Shown here: one piece after another, positions 55,779 through 64,000 of the stretch | Numbering within the stretch: the first letter of the stretch is position 1 | Layout of the letters: every line of letters starts with the position of its first letter | Assembly: GCA_947629005.1 (NCBI GenBank) | Contig: CANRCD010000002.1 | Coordinates: forward strand, 240,488 to 304,487 | Direction of reading: 5' to 3' | DNA: 64,000 bases | Source: an uncultured Clostridia bacterium | GTDB taxonomy: Bacteria; Bacillota; Clostridia; UMGS1883 | Translations under genes and position numbers: made by a program | Notes under the pieces: model-generated | Told to the model about the DNA's origin: nothing | Seen by the model: the letters and a program-made list of their open reading frames with translations, nothing else | Database searches by the model: none

Positions 55779-55807
55779 TTGACAAAGCATACAATTTTTG
55801 CTAAAAT
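55779..55807 (+). promoter_or_regulatory. Promoter TTGACA-N17-TAAAAT
   Basis: Read directly. Confidence 0.6.
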
Positions 55808-55841
55808 ATACTTGAAATTTTTTTGAAAGGAATGATTTTTT

Positions 55842-56462
55842 ATGAATCAGGCAGCGGCTTACATTGTGCTTGCGATAACTGTCGTGAGTTTATGGATGCT
55901 GTTCCAAAAGGCCGGCGACAAAGGCTGGAAGGCTATTATCCCGTTCTATAACAGTTACACCGCTTATAAGCTCTTTTGGAAAAAGGCCATGTTCTGGGTA
56001 ACGCTCGTTATTGCCCTCGCTGCAAGCGTGATAAATGTTGGCGTTATGGTTAGACATTCAGCCGATATGAACGGCTTTGTGTCCGCCGTGGCCGACGATG
56101 TTGGCATGAGCGAGGAGGACCTTATTAACGGCAACTTCAACATGACAGAGGAGGAGCTTAATCAGGCCGCCGAGAACTATACGCAGAGGCTCGGGGCCGA
56201 CCTTGAAAGCGGCGCCGATACCCGCGCCGCCAACGCTCTTAAGGCGCTTATCGCGAATTTCTCCGCTCTTGACGGCGTGCTGCTTATTTTGGCCGGAATT
56301 CTCATGCTGATTGCGGTTATCATCTCCATCGTTTACTACAGCAAGCTCTCCAAGTCCTTTGGGCACGGCGTGGGCTTCACGCTGGGGCTCATCTTCCTTA
56401 ACCCCATATTTATGCTTATTCTTGCCTTCGGCAAGTCCGAGTACGTAGGCAATAACGCCTAA
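55842..56462 (+). CDS. DUF5684 domain membrane protein
   Basis: LWMLFQKAGDKGWKAIIPFYNSYTAYKLF is the typical DUF5684 signature. Confidence 0.65.
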   Translation: MNQAAAYIVLAITVVSLWMLFQKAGDKGWKAIIPFYNSYTAYKLFWKKAMFWVTLVIALAASVINVGVMVRHSADMNGFVSAVADDVGMSEEDLINGNFNMTEEELNQAAENYTQRLGADLESGADTRAANALKALIANFSALDGVLLILAGILMLIAVIISIVYYSKLSKSFGHGVGFTLGLIFLNPIFMLILAFGKSEYVGNNA

Positions 56463-56482
56463 ATCCCAAAAAGAGGGGCCGT

Positions 56483-56523
56483 AAAAAAACGCGCAGACCG
56501 GCGTCGGTCTGCGCGTTTTTTTA
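56483..56523. terminator. Bidirectional terminator (12-bp stem ACGCGCAGACCG/CGGTCTGCGCGT with A7 and T7 flanks)
   Basis: Read directly between convergent genes. Confidence 0.85.
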
Positions 56524-56533
56524 CGATTCTGTC

Positions 56534-58654
56534 TTAATTTGCCGCGTTGTATTCCAGTTCCGGCCAGCCGAGGCTGAAGCCCATATACTCGTTAATAACG
56601 CCGTTGCCGCTGTAGTTATTTACATAGACCTCCTGCTGGCCCTCGTAAAGCTTCACGGCGTGGGGCCCATCCGCGAGCTCCATCTCAAGAACGCCGTCGG
56701 CAACCTTGCCGGCGATTTTTTCATTTCCGTCAACAATGGCGGTGAGGGTATCGGGCACGTTTTCGCCGGTGACGGCGATGTGGGCAGAGTAGGTCCTTTC
56801 GGGCTTGTCGGCGGCCGTTATGATGCGCCTGTCAGATATGGGCAGTTCAAGAGGTTTGGCCCCGTTATTGGTAAGCTCGTTCACGTAGGCGAGAACAGCC
56901 TCCGTAAGGCCGCCGCCCTCGGCTATGTCGGGGCAGTCCTTGAACATTCCGTCGCTGCCCATAACGTAATCGTTTGAAACAAGGACTAACTTCGTTTCCG
57001 CGTCGTCGCGGTCAAGAGCGGTATCGCTGCCGTCAAGATATACGGCGTTTATCTTTGCGCCTGTTTCGGCGTTGGGGTCGTATACAAAGCTCATGCCGCC
57101 AATTTGCGGGAACGAGCCGGAGTAGTTGGCGTTCTTGGGCTCGATAAAGCCGGTCTCGGCGTTTTGCTTTTCGATAGACGAAACAAAGCTTTCAAGGCCC
57201 GTGTAAAGCGCGGCCGGAGTTATTTCTTTGGTCATTACGGCGTTGGCGTAGGGCAGGCAGTTGATAAAGCCGCCGATAGTCATTTCGCCGTTATAAATGG
57301 TCGTGCGGAAGCCGCCGCCATTCTCAATAGCCACAATAGGAAGGTTCTGTTTATCCTTGGGCAGAATATCCTTGGCCTCGGCTATCATGGCGTCGCAAAT
57401 CAAATCGCCCAGATTGGTTTCTCCCGCGCGGGCCACGGGAATGCCGTTGAGCGTGCCGCCCCAGAGTGTGGCGGCGTTGGCCCCGATGGGCTGCCCGAGC
57501 TTTTCATTGAGCTTGTCGTTTATCCCGTCTATTACGGCGGAGACCTCGGGAGCGGGGGCGATATTATCAAAGAAGGCGCGGCTGAGCATAGTCTCGTCAA
57601 TGCTGACGGAGCCGTCATCGCCTACGGTTATCTCCATACGGCCGACGTTGGCGCTGCCTGTGCCGGTCTGAGCAATGGCGACGCCCTCAATAACCTCGTT
57701 CACTACCGAGTGGCTGTGGCCGTCAATTATGGCGTCAAGGCCGGAGCCCTTCATTTCTCTTGCCAGAGCTTCGCTCGTATAGGAGCCCTCCTCCTCAAGT
57801 ACGCCCATGTGCGTAACGGCAATCGTCACGTCTGCGCCCTTGCTTTCGAGCTCGGCCACCTGTGCCTTGGCCGTTTCAATTTCGTCCTTAAATGTTACGC
57901 CCGTAAGGTTTTCGGGCTTGGTCGAGGTTTGCGTTCCGGCTGTGGTAAGGGCGAAAAAGCCCACCTTTACGCCGTTTTTCTCAATAATGACGTTATCGCC
58001 GTTCTCGCCGCAGATAAGCCCGCCGTCGAGATACGTATTGGCGGAAAGAATAGGGAAGGAAGCCAAGTTCAGCAGGGCTTTGAGCTGCTCCGTGCCGTAG
58101 TCAAATTCGTGGTTGCCCAGAGCCATTACATCGTAGCCGGCGGCGTTCATTATCTCTATAACGCTTTCGCCCTTAGACTGCGAGGCCAGAGCCACGCCCT
58201 GCGACGCGTCGCCGGCGTCGGCGAGAATGGCGTTCTCAAGCTCCTTGAGCGCGGCAACGCGGTCGCTGCCGATTACTGAGCCGGAGCCGACAAGGCTGCC
58301 GTGCATATCATTGGTGTGGAGGATAACGACGGAGCTGCCGCCGTCGTTAAGTCCGTAAGACCTTGCTTCGTCCTCAACGGGCTCGTTGTCGGCTGTCCAT
58401 GCGAACACCTTGGCGTTTGCCGCGCCGTCCGCGGCGTAAAGTTCTACAAGTACTTCGGTCTCGTCCTCGCTGAGCTTGCCGTTTAGTCGTTTGACGCCGG
58501 TGAGCTTACCGTCGGCATTGTAATAGACTGCCGTGCGGAAAGACGCTTCCTCTGCTTCAATTGCGTCGTCCGCAAGGGATGGCAGCGCCGCCGCGGACAA
58601 CGCCGTAAGAACGGCTGTCAGCAGGGCGGAGGCGCGCTTGAAAATTCTGTTCAT
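56534..58654 (-). CDS. Secreted bifunctional metallophosphatase / 5'-nucleotidase (UshA-like) with extra N- and C-terminal domains
   Basis: It has a signal peptide, metallophos motifs (ILHTNDMHG, GDASQG, GNHEFD, GHSH) and a 5_nucleotid_C region. An RBS GGGAG precedes the ATG at 58654. Confidence 0.85.
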   Translation of the reverse strand: MNRIFKRASALLTAVLTALSAAALPSLADDAIEAEEASFRTAVYYNADGKLTGVKRLNGKLSEDETEVLVELYAADGAANAKVFAWTADNEPVEDEARSYGLNDGGSSVVILHTNDMHGSLVGSGSVIGSDRVAALKELENAILADAGDASQGVALASQSKGESVIEIMNAAGYDVMALGNHEFDYGTEQLKALLNLASFPILSANTYLDGGLICGENGDNVIIEKNGVKVGFFALTTAGTQTSTKPENLTGVTFKDEIETAKAQVAELESKGADVTIAVTHMGVLEEEGSYTSEALAREMKGSGLDAIIDGHSHSVVNEVIEGVAIAQTGTGSANVGRMEITVGDDGSVSIDETMLSRAFFDNIAPAPEVSAVIDGINDKLNEKLGQPIGANAATLWGGTLNGIPVARAGETNLGDLICDAMIAEAKDILPKDKQNLPIVAIENGGGFRTTIYNGEMTIGGFINCLPYANAVMTKEITPAALYTGLESFVSSIEKQNAETGFIEPKNANYSGSFPQIGGMSFVYDPNAETGAKINAVYLDGSDTALDRDDAETKLVLVSNDYVMGSDGMFKDCPDIAEGGGLTEAVLAYVNELTNNGAKPLELPISDRRIITAADKPERTYSAHIAVTGENVPDTLTAIVDGNEKIAGKVADGVLEMELADGPHAVKLYEGQQEVYVNNYSGNGVINEYMGFSLGWPELEYNAAN

Positions 58655-58752
58655 GTTTAACACTCCCTGTTTATTTATTTTAAGGCGATACCGCACATAG
58701 ACTGCAAACGTGCTTCGCACCCAACTGCGGCGCATATCTGTGCGGCGGCGCT

Positions 58753-60249
58753 TTAAGTTTCTCGCTTAACTGTTACCGCGCGGGTCAGATTGTCAAGCCA
58801 TGTGGTGCCGTTTGCCCGAAGGGTGGAAAGGTCGTTCAGTATAACTCCCCTTGGGTAGACAATCCCCTCGATAGGGGCCTCGGGATTCACAAGGGAACTC
58901 ACGTTGTTGACGGAGTAGTAGTAGCCGCCCTCCTCGCCCAAATAGAGCACCTCGTGACCGGGAATAATAAGTATAGTCCCCGCAGGAGCGCCGCCGAGAA
59001 AAGCGATTTTTTCCTCGTTTGTCATTATGGACATATCGGTGACGCCTGTCGGCACCATGCCCTGCCACGTGGTGTTGCGCGGCAGTTCGATACCGAAGCA
59101 GCGGTATATCTCCCTCGCGAAGGAGGAGCAGTCGTTGGAGTTCATCATTCCGCCCCAGCCGTATCGGTTGCCCAGCTCCTTCATAGCCTGAATGACCGTG
59201 TTTGCTTGAGTGTAGGGGAGATAGCCCACGTGTACGTCCCGATTTGCCGGTATCAGGGCAAGCTTGGAAAAGTATTTGCCGTCGCTGTCTCTCGCGGGCA
59301 TTTTCACAACATAACCGTTCCACGGCAGACGGTTTTCCACAGCGTCCGGCCAGTCGCTGACGAGCTCGAGGGCGGTGCTCATGGGGAGCATTTTTTCGTT
59401 GAGGTCAATGTCGGCGCTGGGCTCGAGATATATTTTTTCTCCCGTTACGACAAGAACGCTTTCGGGGCGCGTTACCTCCTCCCACTGGGCCTTGCTTTCG
59501 CAGACGGCTATGTCCTTGGTGGGAACCCAGCCCGAACAGCATTGGCTTTTGACAAGGGCAAAGCGGCCGTCGCCGGTGGTGATGTACACGGCCAAGGGCT
59601 CGTTTACGTAAATCGGAGCCGAAGCAAACTCGTCCCATTCTGGGTCGGTGGGGCTGTCGGAGAGAAAGTCCGCGTAGGGATAGGCTTTCATAACCGTCCT
59701 GTTCACAGCCACGCCGTACCTTAGCTCCATGCTGGCGCTGACGGCGGAGGCCCTGATGTTCTCCCTGATGGCCTCATAGTATTCTTCGCCCACCGGCTCG
59801 CCTCCGATGTAAAGCCCCTCAGGCGACGTAAAGTTCGCCGCGTCAGCGGCCATCTGTGCGCCGTTATATGACTCGGGCAGAGCCGCAAGGTCAAAGGTGT
59901 TTGTGGCTGGAGTATCGAGTATGGCGCGGTTATAGGCCTCAATTTCTTCAGCTGTCATGATTATCTCATCAGGGGTTTCAATTTTTGAAATCCAGAACTC
60001 CGGCTCGCACATATCGTCGGTCACGTGCGGGGCCTTAAACGTACCGTCGCCGCCGGCGCGGCGAAGATATTCGGCCTCAATGGACTCTCCCTCAGGCAGG
60101 AGCGGGTCCGTAATTTCGGCGCCGATAAGACTGCCGCTGCCGGCATAGTAGGCGCATACGTAAAGCGGCTCCCGCTCAGCGGCCATTGCCGTCGGGCAAA
60201 ATGCTGCCGCCGCCGCGGTAAGGGCCGCGGCAAACCTGTATAGCTTCAT
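58753..60249 (-). CDS. NlpC/P60 (C40) family peptidoglycan peptidase with N-terminal and SH3-like domains
   Basis: It has a signal peptide, the C-terminal catalytic region NSNDCSSFAREIY and a later GHEVLYLG. An RBS GGAGGA precedes the ATG at 60249. Confidence 0.75.
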   Translation of the reverse strand: MKLYRFAAALTAAAAAFCPTAMAAEREPLYVCAYYAGSGSLIGAEITDPLLPEGESIEAEYLRRAGGDGTFKAPHVTDDMCEPEFWISKIETPDEIIMTAEEIEAYNRAILDTPATNTFDLAALPESYNGAQMAADAANFTSPEGLYIGGEPVGEEYYEAIRENIRASAVSASMELRYGVAVNRTVMKAYPYADFLSDSPTDPEWDEFASAPIYVNEPLAVYITTGDGRFALVKSQCCSGWVPTKDIAVCESKAQWEEVTRPESVLVVTGEKIYLEPSADIDLNEKMLPMSTALELVSDWPDAVENRLPWNGYVVKMPARDSDGKYFSKLALIPANRDVHVGYLPYTQANTVIQAMKELGNRYGWGGMMNSNDCSSFAREIYRCFGIELPRNTTWQGMVPTGVTDMSIMTNEEKIAFLGGAPAGTILIIPGHEVLYLGEEGGYYYSVNNVSSLVNPEAPIEGIVYPRGVILNDLSTLRANGTTWLDNLTRAVTVKRET

Positions 60250-60280
60250 TACTGTTTCCTCCTTTTCATGCGTCAACTGT

Positions 60281-60309
60281 ATTATACCGCTTTTTTAGCA
60301 TAAAGTCAA
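60281..60309 (-). promoter_or_regulatory. Promoter TTGACT-N17-TATAAT for the NlpC/P60 gene
   Basis: Read on the reverse complement. Confidence 0.55.
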
Positions 60310-60326
60310 TAAAAAAAGCAGATCGT

Positions 60327-61205
60327 TCAGCTGGCGAAGCTTTCCCTTAACGAGGAGAGCAGCCGTCCGGCAATGGGCGTAAGTATTCGGCCCTTTTTCC
60401 AGATGAGGTACATCTTCGTTTCGAGCCGAGGTTCCAGCGGGCGGAAAGCAAGGCCGCTGCCGGGGCTGGTATCCACAAGGCGGTCGAGAGTCAGCAAATA
60501 GCCCAGCCCCTCCCGCACAAAAACCGAGCCGTTGTACGACAGGCGAAACGACCCCTCGAGCCGCAGGCTGTCCATCATTTCGCCGCACCAAGACGGTATA
60601 TCCCTGCGCCAACTCTGCTCCGAGCAGAACAAAGCCAGCCCCGCAAGGTCCTCCGCGCGGACGCTGCTTTTCTCCGCGAGGGCGCAGCCCTCGGGCATCA
60701 CCACGCCCCAGACGTCGGACCCGGGAAAGGAGAGACAGTCGTACTTGGCGGCGTTGGGCTCCTCCACGATGGCCGCAAAGTCGATTACGCCCCTGTCAAG
60801 CTTTTCGGTCACCTGCTCGGTGTCGCCGCTAGTTATGTGGTAGCGCAGATTGGGACAGATCCTCTTGAAGCGGCGTATCTCCCGCGCCAGAAGCCCCACC
60901 ATGCGCGACTCAGCCAGCCCAAAGTATACGTCGCCTCCGGCCATGTCGTCAAGATCGGCGAACTCGGCGGTGATTTTGTCGGCCATTTTCACAAGGTCCT
61001 TGGCCCGCTCGCGCAGCAGCCGACCCGCGGCGGTCAGCTCCACGCTGAAGCTGTGGCGCAGGAACAGTTTTTTCCCCAGCTCTTCCTCCAGCGCCTTAAG
61101 CTGTTTAGAGAGCGTCGGCTGGGTTACGTGCAGACGCTCGGCCGCGCGCGTCATGTTTTCTTCCTCGGCTACGGCAAGAAAGTATTTCAGCGTTCTTATC
61201 TCCAT
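60327..61205 (-). CDS. LysR family transcriptional regulator
   Basis: It has the HTH MEIRTLKYFLAVAEEENMTRAAERLHVTQPTLSKQLKALEEELG and a LysR substrate domain. The start was chosen at ATG 61205 after GGAGG. Confidence 0.9.
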   Translation of the reverse strand: MEIRTLKYFLAVAEEENMTRAAERLHVTQPTLSKQLKALEEELGKKLFLRHSFSVELTAAGRLLRERAKDLVKMADKITAEFADLDDMAGGDVYFGLAESRMVGLLAREIRRFKRICPNLRYHITSGDTEQVTEKLDRGVIDFAAIVEEPNAAKYDCLSFPGSDVWGVVMPEGCALAEKSSVRAEDLAGLALFCSEQSWRRDIPSWCGEMMDSLRLEGSFRLSYNGSVFVREGLGYLLTLDRLVDTSPGSGLAFRPLEPRLETKMYLIWKKGRILTPIAGRLLSSLRESFAS

Positions 61206-61231
61206 ACCTGCCTCCATGATATTCCTAAAAG

Positions 61232-61247
61232 TTATATTATGATATAA
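61232..61247. promoter_or_regulatory. Candidate LysR box: inverted repeat TTATAT-TATG-ATATAA (T-N11-A type)
   Basis: The palindrome sits in the divergent LysR / hydrolase intergenic region. Confidence 0.4.
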
Positions 61248-61258
61248 ATTATAACCAT

Positions 61259-61287
61259 TTGCCAAGCAAAAGTCAAGAGTGTATAAT
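61259..61287 (+). promoter_or_regulatory. Promoter TTGCCA-N17-TATAAT for the hydrolase gene
   Basis: Read directly. Confidence 0.55.
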
Positions 61288-61319
61288 AAAAATAAGAAAA
61301 AAGAAAGGGTTGATTTTAA

Positions 61320-62306
61320 ATGCTTAATCTCACAAGCGAATGGGACAAAACCTTTCCCAAAAGCGAAAGGGTGAATCACAGCAAGGTTACCTTCCGCAAC
61401 CGCTACGGTATAACGCTGGCGGCGGATTTATACGAGCCCAAGGAGGCCCGCAGCCCCCTTGCGGCCTTGGCTGTGTGCGGGCCCTTCGGCGCCGTCAAGG
61501 AGCAGGCCGCCGGCCTTTATGCCCAGACTATGGCCGAGCGCGGCTTTGCCGCCATCGCTTTTGACCCCTCGTTTACCGGAGAGAGCGGCGGCGAGCCCCG
61601 ATATATGGCTTCGCCCGACATCAACACTGAGGACTTTCAGGCGGCGGTGGACTTTTTGAGCGCACGCGACGGCATTGACCCCGAAAAAATTGGCATAATA
61701 GGCATTTGCGGCTGGGGCGGCCTCGCCCTCAACGCCGCCGCGCTGGACACAAGGGTCAAGGCTACCGTAGCGGCGACCATGTACGATATGTCCCGCGTGA
61801 ACGCTAACGGCTATTTTGACTCGGACGACAGCGAGGAAAAGCGATACGCGGCCAAAACAGCCCTAAACGCTCAGCGCACGGAGGACTTCAAAAACGGCAG
61901 CTACGCTCTCGGCGGCGGCGTTGTCGATCCTCTGCCCGATGACGCGCCATTTTTTGTGAAGGACTATTACGATTATTACAAGACGGCTCGCGGCTATCAC
62001 AAGCGCTCGCTCAACTCCAACGGGGGCTGGAACGTGATTGGCTGTATGTCGTTCGTCAACCAGCCCATACTCTGCTACAGCAAGGAAATCCGCGGCGCGG
62101 CGCTGCTCATTCACGGCGAAAAGGCCCACTCGTGTTATTTCAGCCGCGACGCTTATGCGGCTATGACAGAGGGCAGCCCCTTTGCGGGGAATAAGGAGCT
62201 TATGATTATCCCCGACGCCGTACACACCGATTTGTATGACGGCGGAGGAAAGAACGCCATACCTTTTGATAAGATAACGGAGTTCTTTCGGAGCAATCTG
62301 AAATAA
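61320..62306 (+). CDS. Alpha/beta hydrolase fold protein
   Basis: It has the nucleophile elbow GICGWGG and a 328-aa alpha/beta hydrolase layout. It is divergent from the LysR regulator. Confidence 0.7.
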   Translation: MLNLTSEWDKTFPKSERVNHSKVTFRNRYGITLAADLYEPKEARSPLAALAVCGPFGAVKEQAAGLYAQTMAERGFAAIAFDPSFTGESGGEPRYMASPDINTEDFQAAVDFLSARDGIDPEKIGIIGICGWGGLALNAAALDTRVKATVAATMYDMSRVNANGYFDSDDSEEKRYAAKTALNAQRTEDFKNGSYALGGGVVDPLPDDAPFFVKDYYDYYKTARGYHKRSLNSNGGWNVIGCMSFVNQPILCYSKEIRGAALLIHGEKAHSCYFSRDAYAAMTEGSPFAGNKELMIIPDAVHTDLYDGGGKNAIPFDKITEFFRSNLK

Positions 62307-62311
62307 AATAG

Positions 62312-62338
62312 GAAAACGGCCCATATAGGGCCGTTTCT
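62312..62338. terminator. Bidirectional terminator AAACGGCCC-ATATA-GGGCCGTTT
   Basis: It lies between the convergent hydrolase and sirtuin genes. Confidence 0.7.
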
Positions 62339-63210
62339 TAATTGCGCAAGATATCAATAACCGCCTCGATATCGGCGTCAAGGCAGACGGAGCGTCCGGC
62401 TATAGTCTCGGGGCAGGCCGCCGCGCCGAGATTGACGCAGGCGTAGGCGGCGAGGGGATTTTTGGCTGTCATCTGCCAAAAGGGGTACTTTATGATGACC
62501 GGCGTGTTGTAGCCGACGCCAAGCTCCAAAAAAAGCGTCCTCTTCCCCTCAAGGGCTTTAAGGAAGTCCGCGTACCTCCTTTCGGCGATAAACCAACCCT
62601 CGTCCTCGACAAATTTATCATCGGCGCGGAGGTTTGTGGTCATAGGCCGGCCGCAGTGCGGGCACAGAGGCAAAAGCTCCGATGGGACGCGCATATCCTT
62701 TTGCTCCCGCACCATTTGGCGCACGAGCCGTTCGTTGTCGAAGGTCTCTCGGCAGCAGGGCTTGGAGCACTGAAACAGGCCGTAGTCGCCTTGTGTGTAG
62801 AACAACCGCTCCTTGTCGAAGCCGGCCTTTTGAAAACAGTGGTCCACGTTTGTGGTTATCACAAAATAGTCCTTGTCCTTAACCAGTTCCAATAGATTTT
62901 CATAAACCGGCTTTGGAGCGTCCATATAGCGGTTTATGAAGATGTAGCGGCTCCAGTAGGCCCAGAATTCCTCGCGCGTTTTATACGGGTAAAAACCGCC
63001 GGAGTACATATCCGAAAAGCCGTATTTTTCGGAAAAGTCGGAAAAATATTTTTTGAACCGTTCGCCGGAATACGTGTAGCCTGCTGCGGCGGAAAGTCCG
63101 GCTCCCGCGCCGATAACAACGGCGTATGCCCCGTCGAGGGCTTCCCTGAGATACTTTATATTATCTGAGAAGCCGCCGGTAGATCTCACGGTCCTCATCC
63201 TTGAAAACAT
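62338..63210 (-). CDS. SIR2 family protein (macrodomain-linked, SirTM-like sirtuin)
   Basis: It has a Rossmann GAGAGLSAAAG, ITTNVDHCFQKAG, QGDYGLFQC and the Zn ribbon C..CC...CPHCG. Its start overlaps the macro gene's 3' end. Confidence 0.75.
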   Translation of the reverse strand: MFSRMRTVRSTGGFSDNIKYLREALDGAYAVVIGAGAGLSAAAGYTYSGERFKKYFSDFSEKYGFSDMYSGGFYPYKTREEFWAYWSRYIFINRYMDAPKPVYENLLELVKDKDYFVITTNVDHCFQKAGFDKERLFYTQGDYGLFQCSKPCCRETFDNERLVRQMVREQKDMRVPSELLPLCPHCGRPMTTNLRADDKFVEDEGWFIAERRYADFLKALEGKRTLFLELGVGYNTPVIIKYPFWQMTAKNPLAAYACVNLGAAACPETIAGRSVCLDADIEAVIDILRN

Positions 63211-63916
63211 TGAAAATCACCTCCGTATCGCCCTTGCATTGCCGCACCGTTTTCACGGCAATTTCCGCCGCGAGCCTGTTCGGGAAATGAAATTCTCCGG
63301 TGGATATGCAGCAGAACGCCACGCTTTTTATTCCGTTTTCCCGCGCCAATTTAAGGCAGGAGCGATAGCACGAGGCGAGAAGCTCAATGTCTGTTTCGGT
63401 CGCCTCGCCTCTAATTACGGGCCCGACCGTGTGCAGCACATAATCGCAGGGCAGGTTGTAGGCGGGCGTGATTTTTGCGCGGCCCGCCGGCTCGTCATGC
63501 CCCTGCCTTCGCATCAGCTCTGCGCAGGCAAGGCGCAGCCGCACGCCCGCGTAGGTATGAATAGCGTTGTCGATACAGCCGTGGCAGGGAAAAAAGCAGC
63601 CGAGCAGCGCGGAATTCGCCGCGTTCACTATAGCCCCGCAGCGCAGAGTCGTTATGTCGCCCTGCCATAGGTAAATGCCGCTTTCAACGGGCGTAAGGTC
63701 CTTAATATCGGTAATGCCTCCGGCCGCCGCCTCCGTCCGCAGATACTCGTCCTCCGCGGCGAGATAATCTTCGCCGATTGGGAGGGGCGGGCGCACGTTA
63801 ACAAGTGAGCGCAGCAGCCTCCGCTGAGAGTATTCTTCTGTGGGTACGGGCATATCGCTCCCGTTTTCCGCCAGCAGGTATTTTATCAAAAAAATTCTTC
63901 GATCGGTCTGTGTCAT
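63161..63916 (-). CDS. Macro domain protein (ADP-ribose / protein-ADP-ribose hydrolase) with N-terminal helical extension
   Basis: It shows LWQGDITTLRCGAIVNAANSALLG, HTVGP and ISTGEFHFP. Confidence 0.85.
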   Translation of the reverse strand: MTQTDRRIFLIKYLLAENGSDMPVPTEEYSQRRLLRSLVNVRPPLPIGEDYLAAEDEYLRTEAAAGGITDIKDLTPVESGIYLWQGDITTLRCGAIVNAANSALLGCFFPCHGCIDNAIHTYAGVRLRLACAELMRRQGHDEPAGRAKITPAYNLPCDYVLHTVGPVIRGEATETDIELLASCYRSCLKLARENGIKSVAFCCISTGEFHFPNRLAAEIAVKTVRQCKGDTEVIFNVFKDEDREIYRRLLR

Positions 63917-63920
63917 GATT

Positions 63921-64000
63921 CTACCTCTTTTTTACCGCTCCCACCGGACATACGGCTCGGCAGTTGCCGCAGTGCAGGCAGTGATTTTGATTGATAGTGT
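63921..64000 (-). CDS. 3' end of a 4Fe-4S ferredoxin-type protein (partial, continues beyond the window)
   Basis: The reverse-strand translation ..TINQNHCLHCGNCRAVCPVGAVKKR* contains C-x2-C-x2-C-x3-CP. Its stop lies 4 nt before the macro gene start. Confidence 0.6.
   Translation of the reverse strand, partial: TINQNHCLHCGNCRAVCPVGAVKKR

Noticed and set aside
1-64000. Mobile elements, prophage, CRISPR arrays, tRNA or rRNA genes
   Set aside because: I recognised no transposase, integrase, recombinase or Cas-like ORF, no regularly spaced direct repeats and no cloverleaf-compatible sequence in any intergenic region. A tRNAscan/cmscan run would be needed for certainty.

Overview
This 64 kb window is a GC-rich chromosomal segment that looks like Bacillota, class Clostridia. 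That is an inference from SLH-domain envelope proteins, DUF1934/argS-type synteny, AdhE, a Na+-decarboxylase cluster and sigma-A type TTGACA-N17-TATAAT promoters. It is mostly housekeeping. Core metabolism covers pgk-tpiA-gpmI, murI, adhE, araA and pdxST. Translation and tRNA modification cover alaS, tyrS, queA, queT and rlmB. DNA repair covers uvrC, rarA, mutS2 and nth. There are also feoAB, mntP, a five-gene biotin-dependent Na+-decarboxylase/carboxyltransferase cluster and several envelope proteins (LCP, S41 peptidase, SLH proteins, NlpC/P60, 5'-nucleotidase). I saw no rRNA, tRNA, CRISPR array, transposase, integrase or phage genes. The items I consider most worth follow-up are: (1) An intact 850-aa P-type ATPase homolog in which every catalytic signature is substituted. 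It sits in a tightly packed operon with a MacA/MacB-type adaptor and permease that lack an ATPase subunit, plus an SLH wall protein. (2) A stand-alone ArgRS-like protein without the catalytic core, translationally coupled to DUF1934 and an S41 peptidase. (3) A lower-GC, codon-atypical island with a strong promoter and a roughly 200-nt structured leader. It encodes a 915-aa secreted CBM-like protein and a 56-aa ORF that is below the ORF-track cutoff, and it is bracketed by copies of a GC-rich hairpin repeat. (4) A duplicated intergenic module of roughly 210-270 nt (near 1.1 kb and 46.6 kb) with promoters on both strands and a bidirectional terminator, which is a candidate small-RNA locus. (5) A roughly 400-nt AT-rich gene-free region with DnaA boxes, iteron-like repeats and a 14-bp-arm palindrome. 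(6) A preQ1-I riboswitch before queT. (7) A macrodomain-sirtuin gene pair. All functional calls come from by-eye motif recognition in the translated ORFs, and no database search was possible.
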